Part shown: one piece after another, positions 8,769 through 17,342 of the stretch
Layout: the number at the start of each line of letters is the position of its first letter
Numbering within the stretch: the stretch's first letter is position 1
DNA from: a virus
Taxonomy: Duplodnaviria > Heunggongvirae > Uroviricota > Caudoviricetes
Reading direction: 5' to 3' (one strand)
DNA: 25,293 nt
IMG/VR virus record: IMGVR_UViG_3300045020_000158
Coordinates: 64,001-89,293 of that record
Made by a program: the position numbers and the translations under genes
The notes under the pieces: model-generated
Told to the model about the DNA's origin: nothing
Database searches by the model: none
Seen by the model: the letters and a program-made list of their open reading frames with translations, nothing else

Positions 8769-11206
8769 CAGTTAAACACCGCTACGGTGGTCAGATAATC
8801 CGGAGTCTGACCTCCCGTTGCAGGTTCCTGTGGAGACCAGGTCACCAGTTGCGCGCCGGAAGATACGTACGAACACTGCCCGCGCGCACTGTAATTGTTG
8901 CCATTGGTGTTGAACAACCACATCGACCCCAGATCGAATGATGCGCCGGATAGGGAGTCGTTGACCATCGGGAAGATCGTCCCGGCCACTGACTGCGATC
9001 CCGTCGTGGTGCTTGCGAAGGAAACCGAGCCTGCAGAGGATGCAGTCACGGTATATGTGCCGTTGTACCCGGCAGGTGTGACACCCGCAATAATCACTGT
9101 AGCGCCAACGGGGACGGTGAGACCGCCTCCGAAGGTCACGGTGGCCGTCGTGCCGGTCCCTGAAGCGGCCGTAGTCGCGATAGCCTGAGGCGCCCCTGGC
9201 AACGGGACTGTTGTCGGCGCATAGCTCACATCGTCGAACGTTACCGAAATCATCAGTCCCGCCGCTGAGGGCGAGATCCCGAGGCTGACAACATTCGTTC
9301 CGGGCGCGACGCTCGAGGAAATTGAGATCGCGTGGCCCACCACAGGCGAAGTGGGTGCATTCAGGTAAGCAACTTCGAAAATCGTGAATGACACCCAGTC
9401 CTCCGAGGTCGGAGAACTCGGCGCCATGTTGATCGTATATGATCCGGCGGCGACGTTCGCGCGGTACCAGTGCCCCATGGACTGCGTGCCCTGAATGCCG
9501 TTGTTTTTGCTGACCAGATCATCGATGCGATCCAGCTGGGTATAGACATTTGCCCCGCCTGAATCCGTGCAGCCCATGCTGGGATAAGTCGAAGCAAAGT
9601 TAGGCCACATGCCGACAACATAGATTGTCGAGCCCGCAAGCACAGATTTCGAAAAAGTCGCATTCCACGTCGAACTGTTGACCGAGTTGTGGGCAGTGTT
9701 CTGAAACTGAGCGGATTGGCGTACGTAGCGCGCCGGGCCTGTCTGGTGGGCAGTAAGCCAGTTATACATCTCCTGACCTTCACCCAGGATCGGGGTCGGA
9801 GCAGCTTGCGTCCCCGTCGTCATGTAGTTGTTTGTCGTCGAGCTGCTGGACTGAGGGTTGTTCCATTGCCACGCAATGTAGTGGGCACCAAAGGCATCAG
9901 CCCAATGCTGCATGAACGACATATGCGGCTCGCCGCTGTTGGACCCCGAACCCCCCTGGCCACCGTCTTCCGTGATAATAACCGGCAATCCCGCTGTCAG
10001 GACAGCCTGAGCCCATTGGGTCGATAAGTACGTTCCGCCGCCACTATCGGCGCCGATCTTGCCGTATACGTCGCCGTTGGAATAGTTGTAGGTTCCATTC
10101 GGATAGGGATGCCATCCCACGCAGACTTGTGGGGTTCCCAATGTATCGGTTGGGGTGTACTGGGCGTAATTCTCGATCGACTGCGTAAACGACGGTCCAT
10201 TCGCGATGATGACATTCTGCGCACCGGTCGTGCGAATCGCATTGAGCATCTGCTGATAGCCCGCGATGCCGACGCCGCCGGTGGGGGCCACACTGTAGGC
10301 GCCTATGGCCCAGTGATAAGTAGCGACCGTACCACCGTTCAACATCAAGCCATAGAGTGTCGAGCCGGATGCATAGTCATCCATGTATGGCTCGTTGAAC
10401 AACTCAAACAGAATACCGGCGTTACTGATGCTACCATAGTTCGCAACGCCGCTTCCGGTCCCCGCGCCGGTGGCTGTGAATACTGTTCCGGCATTGTTGT
10501 TGGCCGCGCCCACTGCCGTCCAGTTCGTACTGCCCGGTGTCAGAATCGTATAAACGGTGCCCGAAGAAAGCGCAGTCGCCGCAGTCGTGCTCGAGGTTTG
10601 TGGTGTCGCCTGAGTCCCGAAATAATTGGCGATAGAGGTCCAGAATGTAATGTCAGTGCTGGAATTGGCGAACTCCGGCTGACCATTTGCCAGAATGTAC
10701 TGCGTCGAGCCGCCGAGCGTGACCTGCGGGGCGCTCCAGTGTAGATCCAGAATGACATAGCATCCGACCTGCTGGGCCTGAGCGATGCCGTCGATGACAG
10801 TCTGCTTGTAGTCGCCTTGTGGGTCGGCGAGGACATTCGTCCCCGAAAAACTGGTCGCCGGATTCGCATCCGCAGTCTGACACGTCAAGCCCAACCACGA
10901 TGCCACATTCAACGGCATACGGATGCAATTGGGTTTCCATGTCTGGTAAACGCCCCAGGCCGGCTCTACGCCACCCCATTCATTGACGTTGCTGAATCCT
11001 TGGACGCCGACAAACTCCAGAGCGGACATATCGGCGCCGCGGAGCTGGATCTGGCTGCCGCTCGACCCATAAGCGGCATTGATGAGCGTATTGCCCGAGA
11101 CCGAAACTGCGAGTCCGCTGCCACTGCTGCCACTGCTGGTCGCGAAAACCTTGCCGCTCGCGCCGACAAGGTGCGATCCGATCATGTAGATACTGGGGAC
11201 ACTCAC
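8768..11206 (-). CDS. Multidomain protein with a glycoside hydrolase family 5 (cellulase-like) TIM barrel, 812 aa
   Basis: LRGAD, NCIRMPLN, YVILDLHW, ILFELFNEP (acid/base E272, NEP at 10388-10396), WHPY, VIITEDGG (nucleophile E413, 9968-9970) and YIAWQW are in GH5 order. A C-terminal beta-sandwich follows. Confidence 0.85.
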   Translation of the reverse strand: MSVPSIYMIGSHLVGASGKVFATSSGSSGSGLAVSVSGNTLINAAYGSSGSQIQLRGADMSALEFVGVQGFSNVNEWGGVEPAWGVYQTWKPNCIRMPLNVASWLGLTCQTADANPATSFSGTNVLADPQGDYKQTVIDGIAQAQQVGCYVILDLHWSAPQVTLGGSTQYILANGQPEFANSSTDITFWTSIANYFGTQATPQTSSTTAATALSSGTVYTILTPGSTNWTAVGAANNNAGTVFTATGAGTGSGVANYGSISNAGILFELFNEPYMDDYASGSTLYGLMLNGGTVATYHWAIGAYSVAPTGGVGIAGYQQMLNAIRTTGAQNVIIANGPSFTQSIENYAQYTPTDTLGTPQVCVGWHPYPNGTYNYSNGDVYGKIGADSGGGTYLSTQWAQAVLTAGLPVIITEDGGQGGSGSNSGEPHMSFMQHWADAFGAHYIAWQWNNPQSSSSTTNNYMTTGTQAAPTPILGEGQEMYNWLTAHQTGPARYVRQSAQFQNTAHNSVNSSTWNATFSKSVLAGSTIYVVGMWPNFASTYPSMGCTDSGGANVYTQLDRIDDLVSKNNGIQGTQSMGHWYRANVAAGSYTINMAPSSPTSEDWVSFTIFEVAYLNAPTSPVVGHAISISSSVAPGTNVVSLGISPSAAGLMISVTFDDVSYAPTTVPLPGAPQAIATTAASGTGTTATVTFGGGLTVPVGATVIIAGVTPAGYNGTYTVTASSAGSVSFASTTTGSQSVAGTIFPMVNDSLSGASFDLGSMWLFNTNGNNYSARGQCSYVSSGAQLVTWSPQEPATGGQTPDYLTTVAVFN

Positions 11207-11208
11207 GC

Positions 11209-14199
11209 CTAGGCCGTAACGTTATACAGGTTCACGAACGGTGCAATATTGCCAATCGATCCGCTGATCTGGGATAGGCCGATGGAGGCTGGAAGCGCCG
11301 CCGATGTAGCGCTGTAATAACCGCCGCCCAGAATGACCTGGTTTGAGCCAGCCGTGTTGGAGCCCAGAATACCGTTATAGGTCAATGCGCCTTCGGATGC
11401 GACCACATTGTTGAATGTGGCGTAGTTGAATCCGGAGGAAGCGGTGTTCGACATCAGCGCGAGCCAATAATTTCCCGGAGTCATCGAAGCTGCAAGTGGC
11501 AACGTGAGCCCCTTGATACCCGAATAGATCGAGGCCGAGTTGTTCGAGGTATTGGTCAGCCCGTAGCTTTGCGAGCCTGATGTTGCAAGCGACAGGGTCG
11601 AGGCATTGAGCGTGTAGAGTCCGGCATACACTGAAATGGTATTGCCGTAGCTCGAATTGGTCACGGAGAAGCTGCCCGAGATGAACTCGCGCAGTGCCGA
11701 CACCGACAGATTCGCATCGATCACCATCTGCTGAAGCACGACACTGCCCGCGCCGAGCACGGTCGTCAGTGGTAATCCGTTCAGAATGCCGTTATCCCAG
11801 TATGACAAAGTGCCATAGTTCGGCGCACCGATACTGATGGTGCTGCCGTTGACCGAAATGGAAACCTGGCCGGTGCCGCTGATGCTGGAAGTCGCCGGCG
11901 CCGAAACTTGAATGGAGCCGTTAGTGTATCCCATGGTCATTGCACCCAGGGCATTGAACGACATCGCGCTTTGATTGATCGTGGTGGAACTGTTCTGGGT
12001 CGTATTTCCCAGCGCGTACAAACCAACCGTGGAAATCTGATTGGCACCCGATACCGTAATCGTCTGGGCAGCGCCGGCCGCCGTGCCGACACTCAGAGTA
12101 ATATTGTTGCCGCCGGCAAGGATCACCTGGCCCGAATAGGTTCCGGTATTTCCTGAAGTGTTGCCGATGTTGGACACCCCCACGGACGAGGGCGGCGCCG
12201 AAATCTGGATGCTGCTATTGGAATAACCGATCGTGATTTCGCCCAATCCATTGAAACTCAGTGCGCTCTGATTCAACGTGGTCGAGCTGTTCTGCGTGGT
12301 GTTACCGAGTGCGTAGAGCCCTACGGTCGAGTTGGCAGCCGCTGCACTGGCGGTGATGGTCGAACCGTTCAGCCCGAATGAGACGCCGTTGGAATTGCTG
12401 AAAACTACAGAGCCGAGGTTTCCGGAAGTCGTGCCGGCAGAGAAGTTGACCGAGCCTGCTCCAGCACCGCCGCCCGAGATCGTGACCGCATTACCATTCT
12501 GCGAAAGCGTGATGTTGTTACCGCCCGCGAGCGTCCAGGTGCCCGTACTGATCAGTGCCAGCGTACCAGTCGTATTGCCGGCCAGTGTCGCATCAAATCC
12601 ACCACCACCTGCCCCGCCTGAGATGGTAATGGTCATCGATCCGTTGGCCGCAGTCGATCCCGACAGAGTGATATTGTTACCGCCGGCCAGGACCAGCTGG
12701 CCCGAGGCCAATCCCGTGGTGCCGGCCGTATTGCCCAATGTCGACATACCTGCGGACAGTTGAGTCAGTCCTGTGGTATTGGGCGCCGAAATGACATAGC
12801 TGTTGGAACTCCAGCCGCCGGAAAGAATGCCGGCCAGAGAGATATTGAGCGATGACTGCGCAAATGTGCTGCTGCTCGACTGGCCGGTCGTATTGCCCGC
12901 AAAGTAAACTGCACCGGTTGACGCACCAGAACCGCCCGCGGCAGCCGAAATCGCAAGGTTCAGCCCCGCGCTGTTCAGCGTCATCGACGCGCTCGCGTTC
13001 GTCCCGGCGAACGTCGTGCCGGTCCCGGCGAACTGCGTGCTGTTGTAACTCGCGGTCACGGTCGAACCGTTCATTCCGAACGACAGACCATTGGAATTCG
13101 ATAGAACGATGTTGCCCGAGGTCTGAGAGCTGCCCGCCGCAGAGAGTCCTATTCCGCTTTCGACAGGGCTTGAGAGCGACAATGCCAGACCCGCGCTGTT
13201 CAGCGTCATGGAACCCGACAGGTTGGCACCGTTGAACGTGGTGCCCAATCCCGGCGCGTTCACGCTACCTGTGATGGTGCCATTATTCAGCCCGAATGAG
13301 AGATTGTTCGAATTGCTAAAGGTGACGCCACCGAAAGCGCCCGTCGTGGTACCGGCTGAGATCGAAAGATTGGCAGCGGCGGCGGTATTGGCCGAGATCG
13401 TGACGCTGTTGCCGTTCTGGCTGAGCGTGACGTTGTTACCGCCGGCCAGGAACATCGTGCCGGTACTGATCAGTGCCAAGGCCCCTGAAGTATTGCCGCC
13501 CAGCGATGCATTGATGCCGCCAACCGCCGCAGAGGCCGTCACGGTGCTGCCGTTCATGCCGAACGAGACACCATTGGCATTCGAGAATACGATATTGCCC
13601 GCAGTCTGCGAGCTGCCATTGGCGCTGATGCCGACGCCGCTGACGGTCGGACTCGAGAGAGACAGGGCGAGTCCTGCGCTGTTCAGTCCGATCGTGCCGG
13701 AAACGTTCGTGCCGGTGTAGGTGGTGCCTGTTCCAGCGCCATTGAAGCTTGCCGTGACACCGCCACCGGTCGTCGATCCGAAGCTGATGCCGTTCGAATT
13801 GATGAAATTGACGGTGCCGCTGGTATAGGTCGTATTCGGCAGTTGGATCGCACCGATGCCCGCAGCGGCACCTGGCGTGACAGTCGCGGTGATGACCCCG
13901 GCGGTGTTCATCCCGAACGTCACGCCGTTGGCGTTCGCGAACGAGACCGTGCCGGAGCTCACCGAATTGGTGCCGGCCTCAATGGTCAGCGAACCGTGAC
14001 CGATCGGTACCCACGTGTAGACGCCATTGATGACTTCGATGACACAGAGGCCTTCATCAGAAGTCAGCGCGAGAAAGCCCGGCGCAAAACTCGCAGCCGG
14101 CGGCAGCGTCGCAAACGTGTAGATCACGTTACTGCCGACGACGATGCTTTCCTGCTGACTGTTCGGCGTCAGCTGTACATTCGGTCCCGGATTCGGCAT
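11209..14199 (-). CDS. Long repeat-rich fibre-like structural protein, 996 aa
   Basis: G/S/T/A/N-rich with several interleaved repeat types (F.N.NG.SFG.NGST.TAS, LAGGNN.TLS, VGLYALGNTTQNSSTT). A GAGGA RBS lies upstream. Confidence 0.75.
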   Translation of the reverse strand: MPNPGPNVQLTPNSQQESIVVGSNVIYTFATLPPAASFAPGFLALTSDEGLCVIEVINGVYTWVPIGHGSLTIEAGTNSVSSGTVSFANANGVTFGMNTAGVITATVTPGAAAGIGAIQLPNTTYTSGTVNFINSNGISFGSTTGGGVTASFNGAGTGTTYTGTNVSGTIGLNSAGLALSLSSPTVSGVGISANGSSQTAGNIVFSNANGVSFGMNGSTVTASAAVGGINASLGGNTSGALALISTGTMFLAGGNNVTLSQNGNSVTISANTAAAANLSISAGTTTGAFGGVTFSNSNNLSFGLNNGTITGSVNAPGLGTTFNGANLSGSMTLNSAGLALSLSSPVESGIGLSAAGSSQTSGNIVLSNSNGLSFGMNGSTVTASYNSTQFAGTGTTFAGTNASASMTLNSAGLNLAISAAAGGSGASTGAVYFAGNTTGQSSSSTFAQSSLNISLAGILSGGWSSNSYVISAPNTTGLTQLSAGMSTLGNTAGTTGLASGQLVLAGGNNITLSGSTAANGSMTITISGGAGGGGFDATLAGNTTGTLALISTGTWTLAGGNNITLSQNGNAVTISGGGAGAGSVNFSAGTTSGNLGSVVFSNSNGVSFGLNGSTITASAAAANSTVGLYALGNTTQNSSTTLNQSALSFNGLGEITIGYSNSSIQISAPPSSVGVSNIGNTSGNTGTYSGQVILAGGNNITLSVGTAAGAAQTITVSGANQISTVGLYALGNTTQNSSTTINQSAMSFNALGAMTMGYTNGSIQVSAPATSSISGTGQVSISVNGSTISIGAPNYGTLSYWDNGILNGLPLTTVLGAGSVVLQQMVIDANLSVSALREFISGSFSVTNSSYGNTISVYAGLYTLNASTLSLATSGSQSYGLTNTSNNSASIYSGIKGLTLPLAASMTPGNYWLALMSNTASSGFNYATFNNVVASEGALTYNGILGSNTAGSNQVILGGGYYSATSAALPASIGLSQISGSIGNIAPFVNLYNVTA

Positions 14200-14218
14200 T
14201 TACGCAGTCCTCATCAGT

Positions 14219-14497
14219 TCAATAGGGATCATCGTGGGGAGCAGGCTTTTGAGGCTTGAGGACTCGCGGTGCCTCCCGACCGGGTTCGATTTTTCCAGGC
14301 TGTGCAGCGGTTGCGCGTGGCATCAGGCCACGAGGGGCAGACTCGATGCACGCTGCCCCGAAGGCCTCAGGCATGCGCTCGTGGTGCGTATACTGCGAAG
14401 CGGGACCTCCCGTGGCGATGTCCGGCACCCGTTCCACGGGTTGGTGCGGAGTTCCTTCTTCCGCATTGGTGTTCTCCCAGCTCGGATGGCCGCCCAT
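14219..14497 (-). CDS. Hypothetical protein, Pro/Glu-rich, 92 aa
   Basis: TGATG coupling with the upstream gene and it fills the operon gap. Confidence 0.55.
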   Translation of the reverse strand: MGGHPSWENTNAEEGTPHQPVERVPDIATGGPASQYTHHERMPEAFGAACIESAPRGLMPRATAAQPGKIEPGREAPRVLKPQKPAPHDDPY

Positions 14498-14871
14498 CAG
14501 ACGCCTGCCCCGCGGGTGAAGATCACCGCCGTATTGGTGCCGGGCGCGGTCCCCAGGATCACACTCACCGCAGCGACCTCACTATTGACCGTCACGGTGC
14601 GACATACCCCAGGAGCGACGGGAAAGCTCGCCGCGACCGTTGCCGCCACTTCCTCGGTGGTATTGCGCGAGAAGTTCACATAGGCCCAGGCGGTCGTCGT
14701 GTTGGCAATCTGGATCTGATTGAGATCGCTGTTGCCGGTGGTATTGCCCGGCAGCACGCCCGAAGTCGCCGATGCATTCGTCGCCGTCACTGTCGTGCTG
14801 GCAATCAGAGAGCCTGCGCCGGAACCGGAATTGGGACCGTAGAGCGGTTGGAAAGGGCGCTGGTCGTACAT
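14497..14871 (-). CDS. Small virion structural protein, 124 aa
   Basis: T/A/G-rich beta-type sequence, tightly packed in the operon. Confidence 0.65.
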   Translation of the reverse strand: MYDQRPFQPLYGPNSGSGAGSLIASTTVTATNASATSGVLPGNTTGNSDLNQIQIANTTTAWAYVNFSRNTTEEVAATVAASFPVAPGVCRTVTVNSEVAAVSVILGTAPGTNTAVIFTRGAGV

Positions 14872-14874
14872 GGT

Positions 14875-15222
14875 TCAGGCACTGATGCCGGATGGAGCCG
14901 AGCCGGTTTCGGGATATGTTTCACAGCGCGCGACAAATACCGTGTAGACGGTACTGGCCGTGGGCGTGATGGTCGCAGCCGTGAGATTCCCGAAGGTGAT
15001 ACCCAGCGTACTGTCTGCGGTCACCCTGGCATTGGTAATGGCAAGTCCGGACTGTGCGGCCCCGGAATTGCTGACACTCACATAATCACCGATGTGAAGT
15101 CCCTTGACGGTAAAAGTCTGTTCAGCGGATACGTTAGGGGCCACGGAAGCAGGGCTCAGCGTGGTGTTGAGAACCATGACGAGGCCAACATTGCCAATGG
15201 CCGGAGTTGCGGGACCACCCAT
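14875..15222 (-). CDS. Small virion structural (decoration-like) protein, 115 aa
   Basis: GGAG RBS. SPASVAPNVSAEQTFTVKGL...NARVTADSTLGITFGN resembles small beta proteins near P22-like coat genes. The decoration role is inferred. Confidence 0.65.
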   Translation of the reverse strand: MGGPATPAIGNVGLVMVLNTTLSPASVAPNVSAEQTFTVKGLHIGDYVSVSNSGAAQSGLAITNARVTADSTLGITFGNLTAATITPTASTVYTVFVARCETYPETGSAPSGISA

Positions 15223-15234
15223 TTTGAAAGTCTC

Positions 15235-15942
15235 CTAAGATGCGATTGAGAGGGGGACAGATTCGGGCTCTGGAAGCTGCCTTGCCTGCAACATTCCGGT
15301 TTTCACACCATACTCGAGGAAGTTACCTTCCCAGAATTTCTGGCCGCGATGCGTGAAACGCACATCGGCATCGATCCAGACGGACTCACCCAATGCCGTC
15401 CATTGACGGCAGAAGAAAATGTCTTCGCCCGTAAAATGCTTGTTCATGTAGCCGGTCTGGAAGTATGGCTTACCGCTATCCATCGTATGATAGTCGGCGT
15501 ATTCGGGATAGGCCTTGTCGAGTTTGTCAAAGACTGAGCGTTTGATCCGCATGAAGGCGGTCGGCGCCTCCAGCGTTTCGATCAGACCATTCTCGACTTT
15601 CCCGGTCAGCGCACGATCGTGATAGGGATCTTTGTCCCAGCGCTTCGGCACGAGACCTGCGACGACTTCCTGCGGATACTCTAGGAATTTCTTCGTCGCA
15701 TGGAAGTCCCAACCCACATCGGAGTCGATGAAGAACAGATCCGTGCAATCGGTCTCATGCAGGAAATGATGCACGAGCTGATTGCGTGCGAGATCAATGA
15801 AGCACATGCCGGCGACGAAGCGCGCCTGGACATGGATTTTATGCTGGGAAAGATAAAGCGCCGTCGACATCATCGAGGACTGATATTCGGCGCAGAAACT
15901 GAAATCGAAGGTCGGGGTGGCGAACAATACACGGGGAGTCAT
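15235..15942 (-). CDS. GT-A fold glycosyltransferase-like protein, 235 aa
   Basis: RVLFATP, IDLARNQLVHHFL, LFFIDSD (DxD), PTAFMRIKRSVF, GEDIFFCRQW and VWIDADVRFTHRG. Confidence 0.85.
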   Translation of the reverse strand: MTPRVLFATPTFDFSFCAEYQSSMMSTALYLSQHKIHVQARFVAGMCFIDLARNQLVHHFLHETDCTDLFFIDSDVGWDFHATKKFLEYPQEVVAGLVPKRWDKDPYHDRALTGKVENGLIETLEAPTAFMRIKRSVFDKLDKAYPEYADYHTMDSGKPYFQTGYMNKHFTGEDIFFCRQWTALGESVWIDADVRFTHRGQKFWEGNFLEYGVKTGMLQARQLPEPESVPLSIAS

Positions 15943-16328
15943 TGTTTTGCCTCGGAGGCTTTTTTGAGGGAGAGCGTCATGGGGCGCGACGAGGAGCCCT
16001 GAGATTGGATCACCTCCTTCGGGTCGAAAATCGGCGTGACAGTAGCCATTTCGGCGCGATTGATCGATGCCAGCACGGCCAGATCATCCGGATGGTATTC
16101 ACAGAAAGCACCGATCGGACGTGGGCGTCCTCGCTGCCACAACGGCACGGTGATGCGACGGTCCGGCTGGCCATTGCGATCCAGGTAACTGATATTGACG
16201 GTGCCATCGGCATTCACGTGTGTGATCGTGGCGGCCGAGGGCTGATTGGCGAGATCATAGGGTGCACCGTCGGGAGTTGCGCGTGTCGGCCAGTACCAGA
16301 GACGTTTGCCGACTGTGGGTTGGATCAT
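15939..16328 (-). CDS. Phage hypothetical protein, 129 aa
   Basis: MIQPTVGKRLWYWP...QPSAATITHVNADGTVNI is a pattern I recognise among phage hypotheticals. ATGA overlap with the downstream gene. Confidence 0.7.
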   Translation of the reverse strand: MIQPTVGKRLWYWPTRATPDGAPYDLANQPSAATITHVNADGTVNISYLDRNGQPDRRITVPLWQRGRPRPIGAFCEYHPDDLAVLASINRAEMATVTPIFDPKEVIQSQGSSSRPMTLSLKKASEAKQ

Positions 16329-16329
16329 T

Positions 16330-16704
16330 TCAACTGTTTTCCACTTCGCCCCAAGAATACCAAGTATTGTCAGCTACCTTTGTGAACACGGCTTGCATGA
16401 ACTCAACTCCGTTATCGATTCCAGTTGCGTTGATGTTTCCACCAGATTCTGGATATGCATACACAGTAATGTCGGATCGAGTCAAATGAAGCTCTATGAT
16501 GTCACCAATGCTCGCAGAATTCGGCAGGATTACACCCAAGCCGCCAGCGCTGGCAGTTACGAGGACGATGGTCCAACCTGAATAGGTCGAAAACGTTGTT
16601 GCGCCACTTTGTCCGCCAGAGGCCGCTGTAACATCAATGACCGTTTTGCCGCTCGCATTGTAAGTTACAGAGGGCGTGCCGCCGGGGCTCGTGATAGTTG
16701 TCAT
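16330..16704 (-). CDS. Small virion structural protein, 124 aa
   Basis: ASGGQSGATT...GVILP...GDI...VYAYPESGGNIN pattern, packed against the next gene. Confidence 0.65.
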   Translation of the reverse strand: MTTITSPGGTPSVTYNASGKTVIDVTAASGGQSGATTFSTYSGWTIVLVTASAGGLGVILPNSASIGDIIELHLTRSDITVYAYPESGGNINATGIDNGVEFMQAVFTKVADNTWYSWGEVENS

Positions 16705-16715
16705 TGTTTACATCC

Positions 16716-16742
16716 AAAAAGGAGGGGCTCTAAACACCCCTC
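16716..16742 (-). terminator. Possible intrinsic terminator
   Basis: GAGGGG/CCCCTC stem with a 9-nt loop, followed by CTTTTT on the minus strand. Confidence 0.4.
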
Positions 16743-16787
16743 AATGTGTGTCACCACAGGGAAAATCAGACGGTGAGAAATGCTTAC

Positions 16788-17255
16788 TTACGAGCAATCA
16801 TAGCCATAAATATAGCAATCAAACGTCGCAGCAGCTCCCGCCAAAGTGGTTCCAATGTTGACGTACATGGTGCTGCCTGTCTGCAGGGTATTACTCGCCT
16901 GCACCGTCATGTACTTCACATAGGTCGTAGCATTCAAGCTTGTCAGAGGTGCTGCAGCTACGATGGTCGTCCCCCCGTTATTAGTCGCCGCGTTCACCGA
17001 GAAGTACGCATTGGTTACGGCCGTGGTGCTGGCATTGGCCGTCAGCACCGCCTCCACCACCCACTTGGTTGAGTTGATCACGGGAATTGGCGTGTCGCCG
17101 ACTGCATTGGCGTTCACGCCGCGGGCCTGTCCCAGAAGTCGAAGCGCATTCGATCCCTGGTAGTTCCCGCCGTAGGTCTGATCGTTGACAGGCGTCAGTA
17201 CGGCAACTGAATTCGCGTTGCTCGCGACTGATGGGCCTGGATTGGTATCTGCCAT
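16788..17255 (-). CDS. Virion structural protein downstream of the coat gene, 155 aa
   Basis: AGGAG RBS. NALRLLGQARGVNANAVGDT...FDCYIYGYD pattern, T/A/N-rich. Confidence 0.75.
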   Translation of the reverse strand: MADTNPGPSVASNANSVAVLTPVNDQTYGGNYQGSNALRLLGQARGVNANAVGDTPIPVINSTKWVVEAVLTANASTTAVTNAYFSVNAATNNGGTTIVAAAPLTSLNATTYVKYMTVQASNTLQTGSTMYVNIGTTLAGAAATFDCYIYGYDCS

Positions 17256-17270
17256 GGAAAATTAGCTCCT

Positions 17271-17298
17271 AAATGAAAAGGGCGCCGTGTGGCGCCCT
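17271..17298 (-). terminator. Intrinsic terminator after the HNH gene
   Basis: Perfect 8-bp stem AGGGCGCC-ACAC-GGCGCCCT followed by TTTCATTT. Confidence 0.8.
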
Positions 17299-17342
17299 CA
17301 AGGTGGTTGGTTGATCGGCCCTGTCAGGCCCGGACGAGAACA

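Noticed and set aside
3434-11206. Invertible tail-fibre cassette (shufflon-like)
   Set aside because: All genes are co-oriented, no recombinase is present and the shared termini are not identical at DNA level.
11209-14199. CRISPR array or DGR template/variable repeats
   Set aside because: The repeats are in-frame protein repeats with synonymous divergence and irregular spacing. There is no reverse transcriptase, no cas gene and no adenine-specific mismatch pattern.
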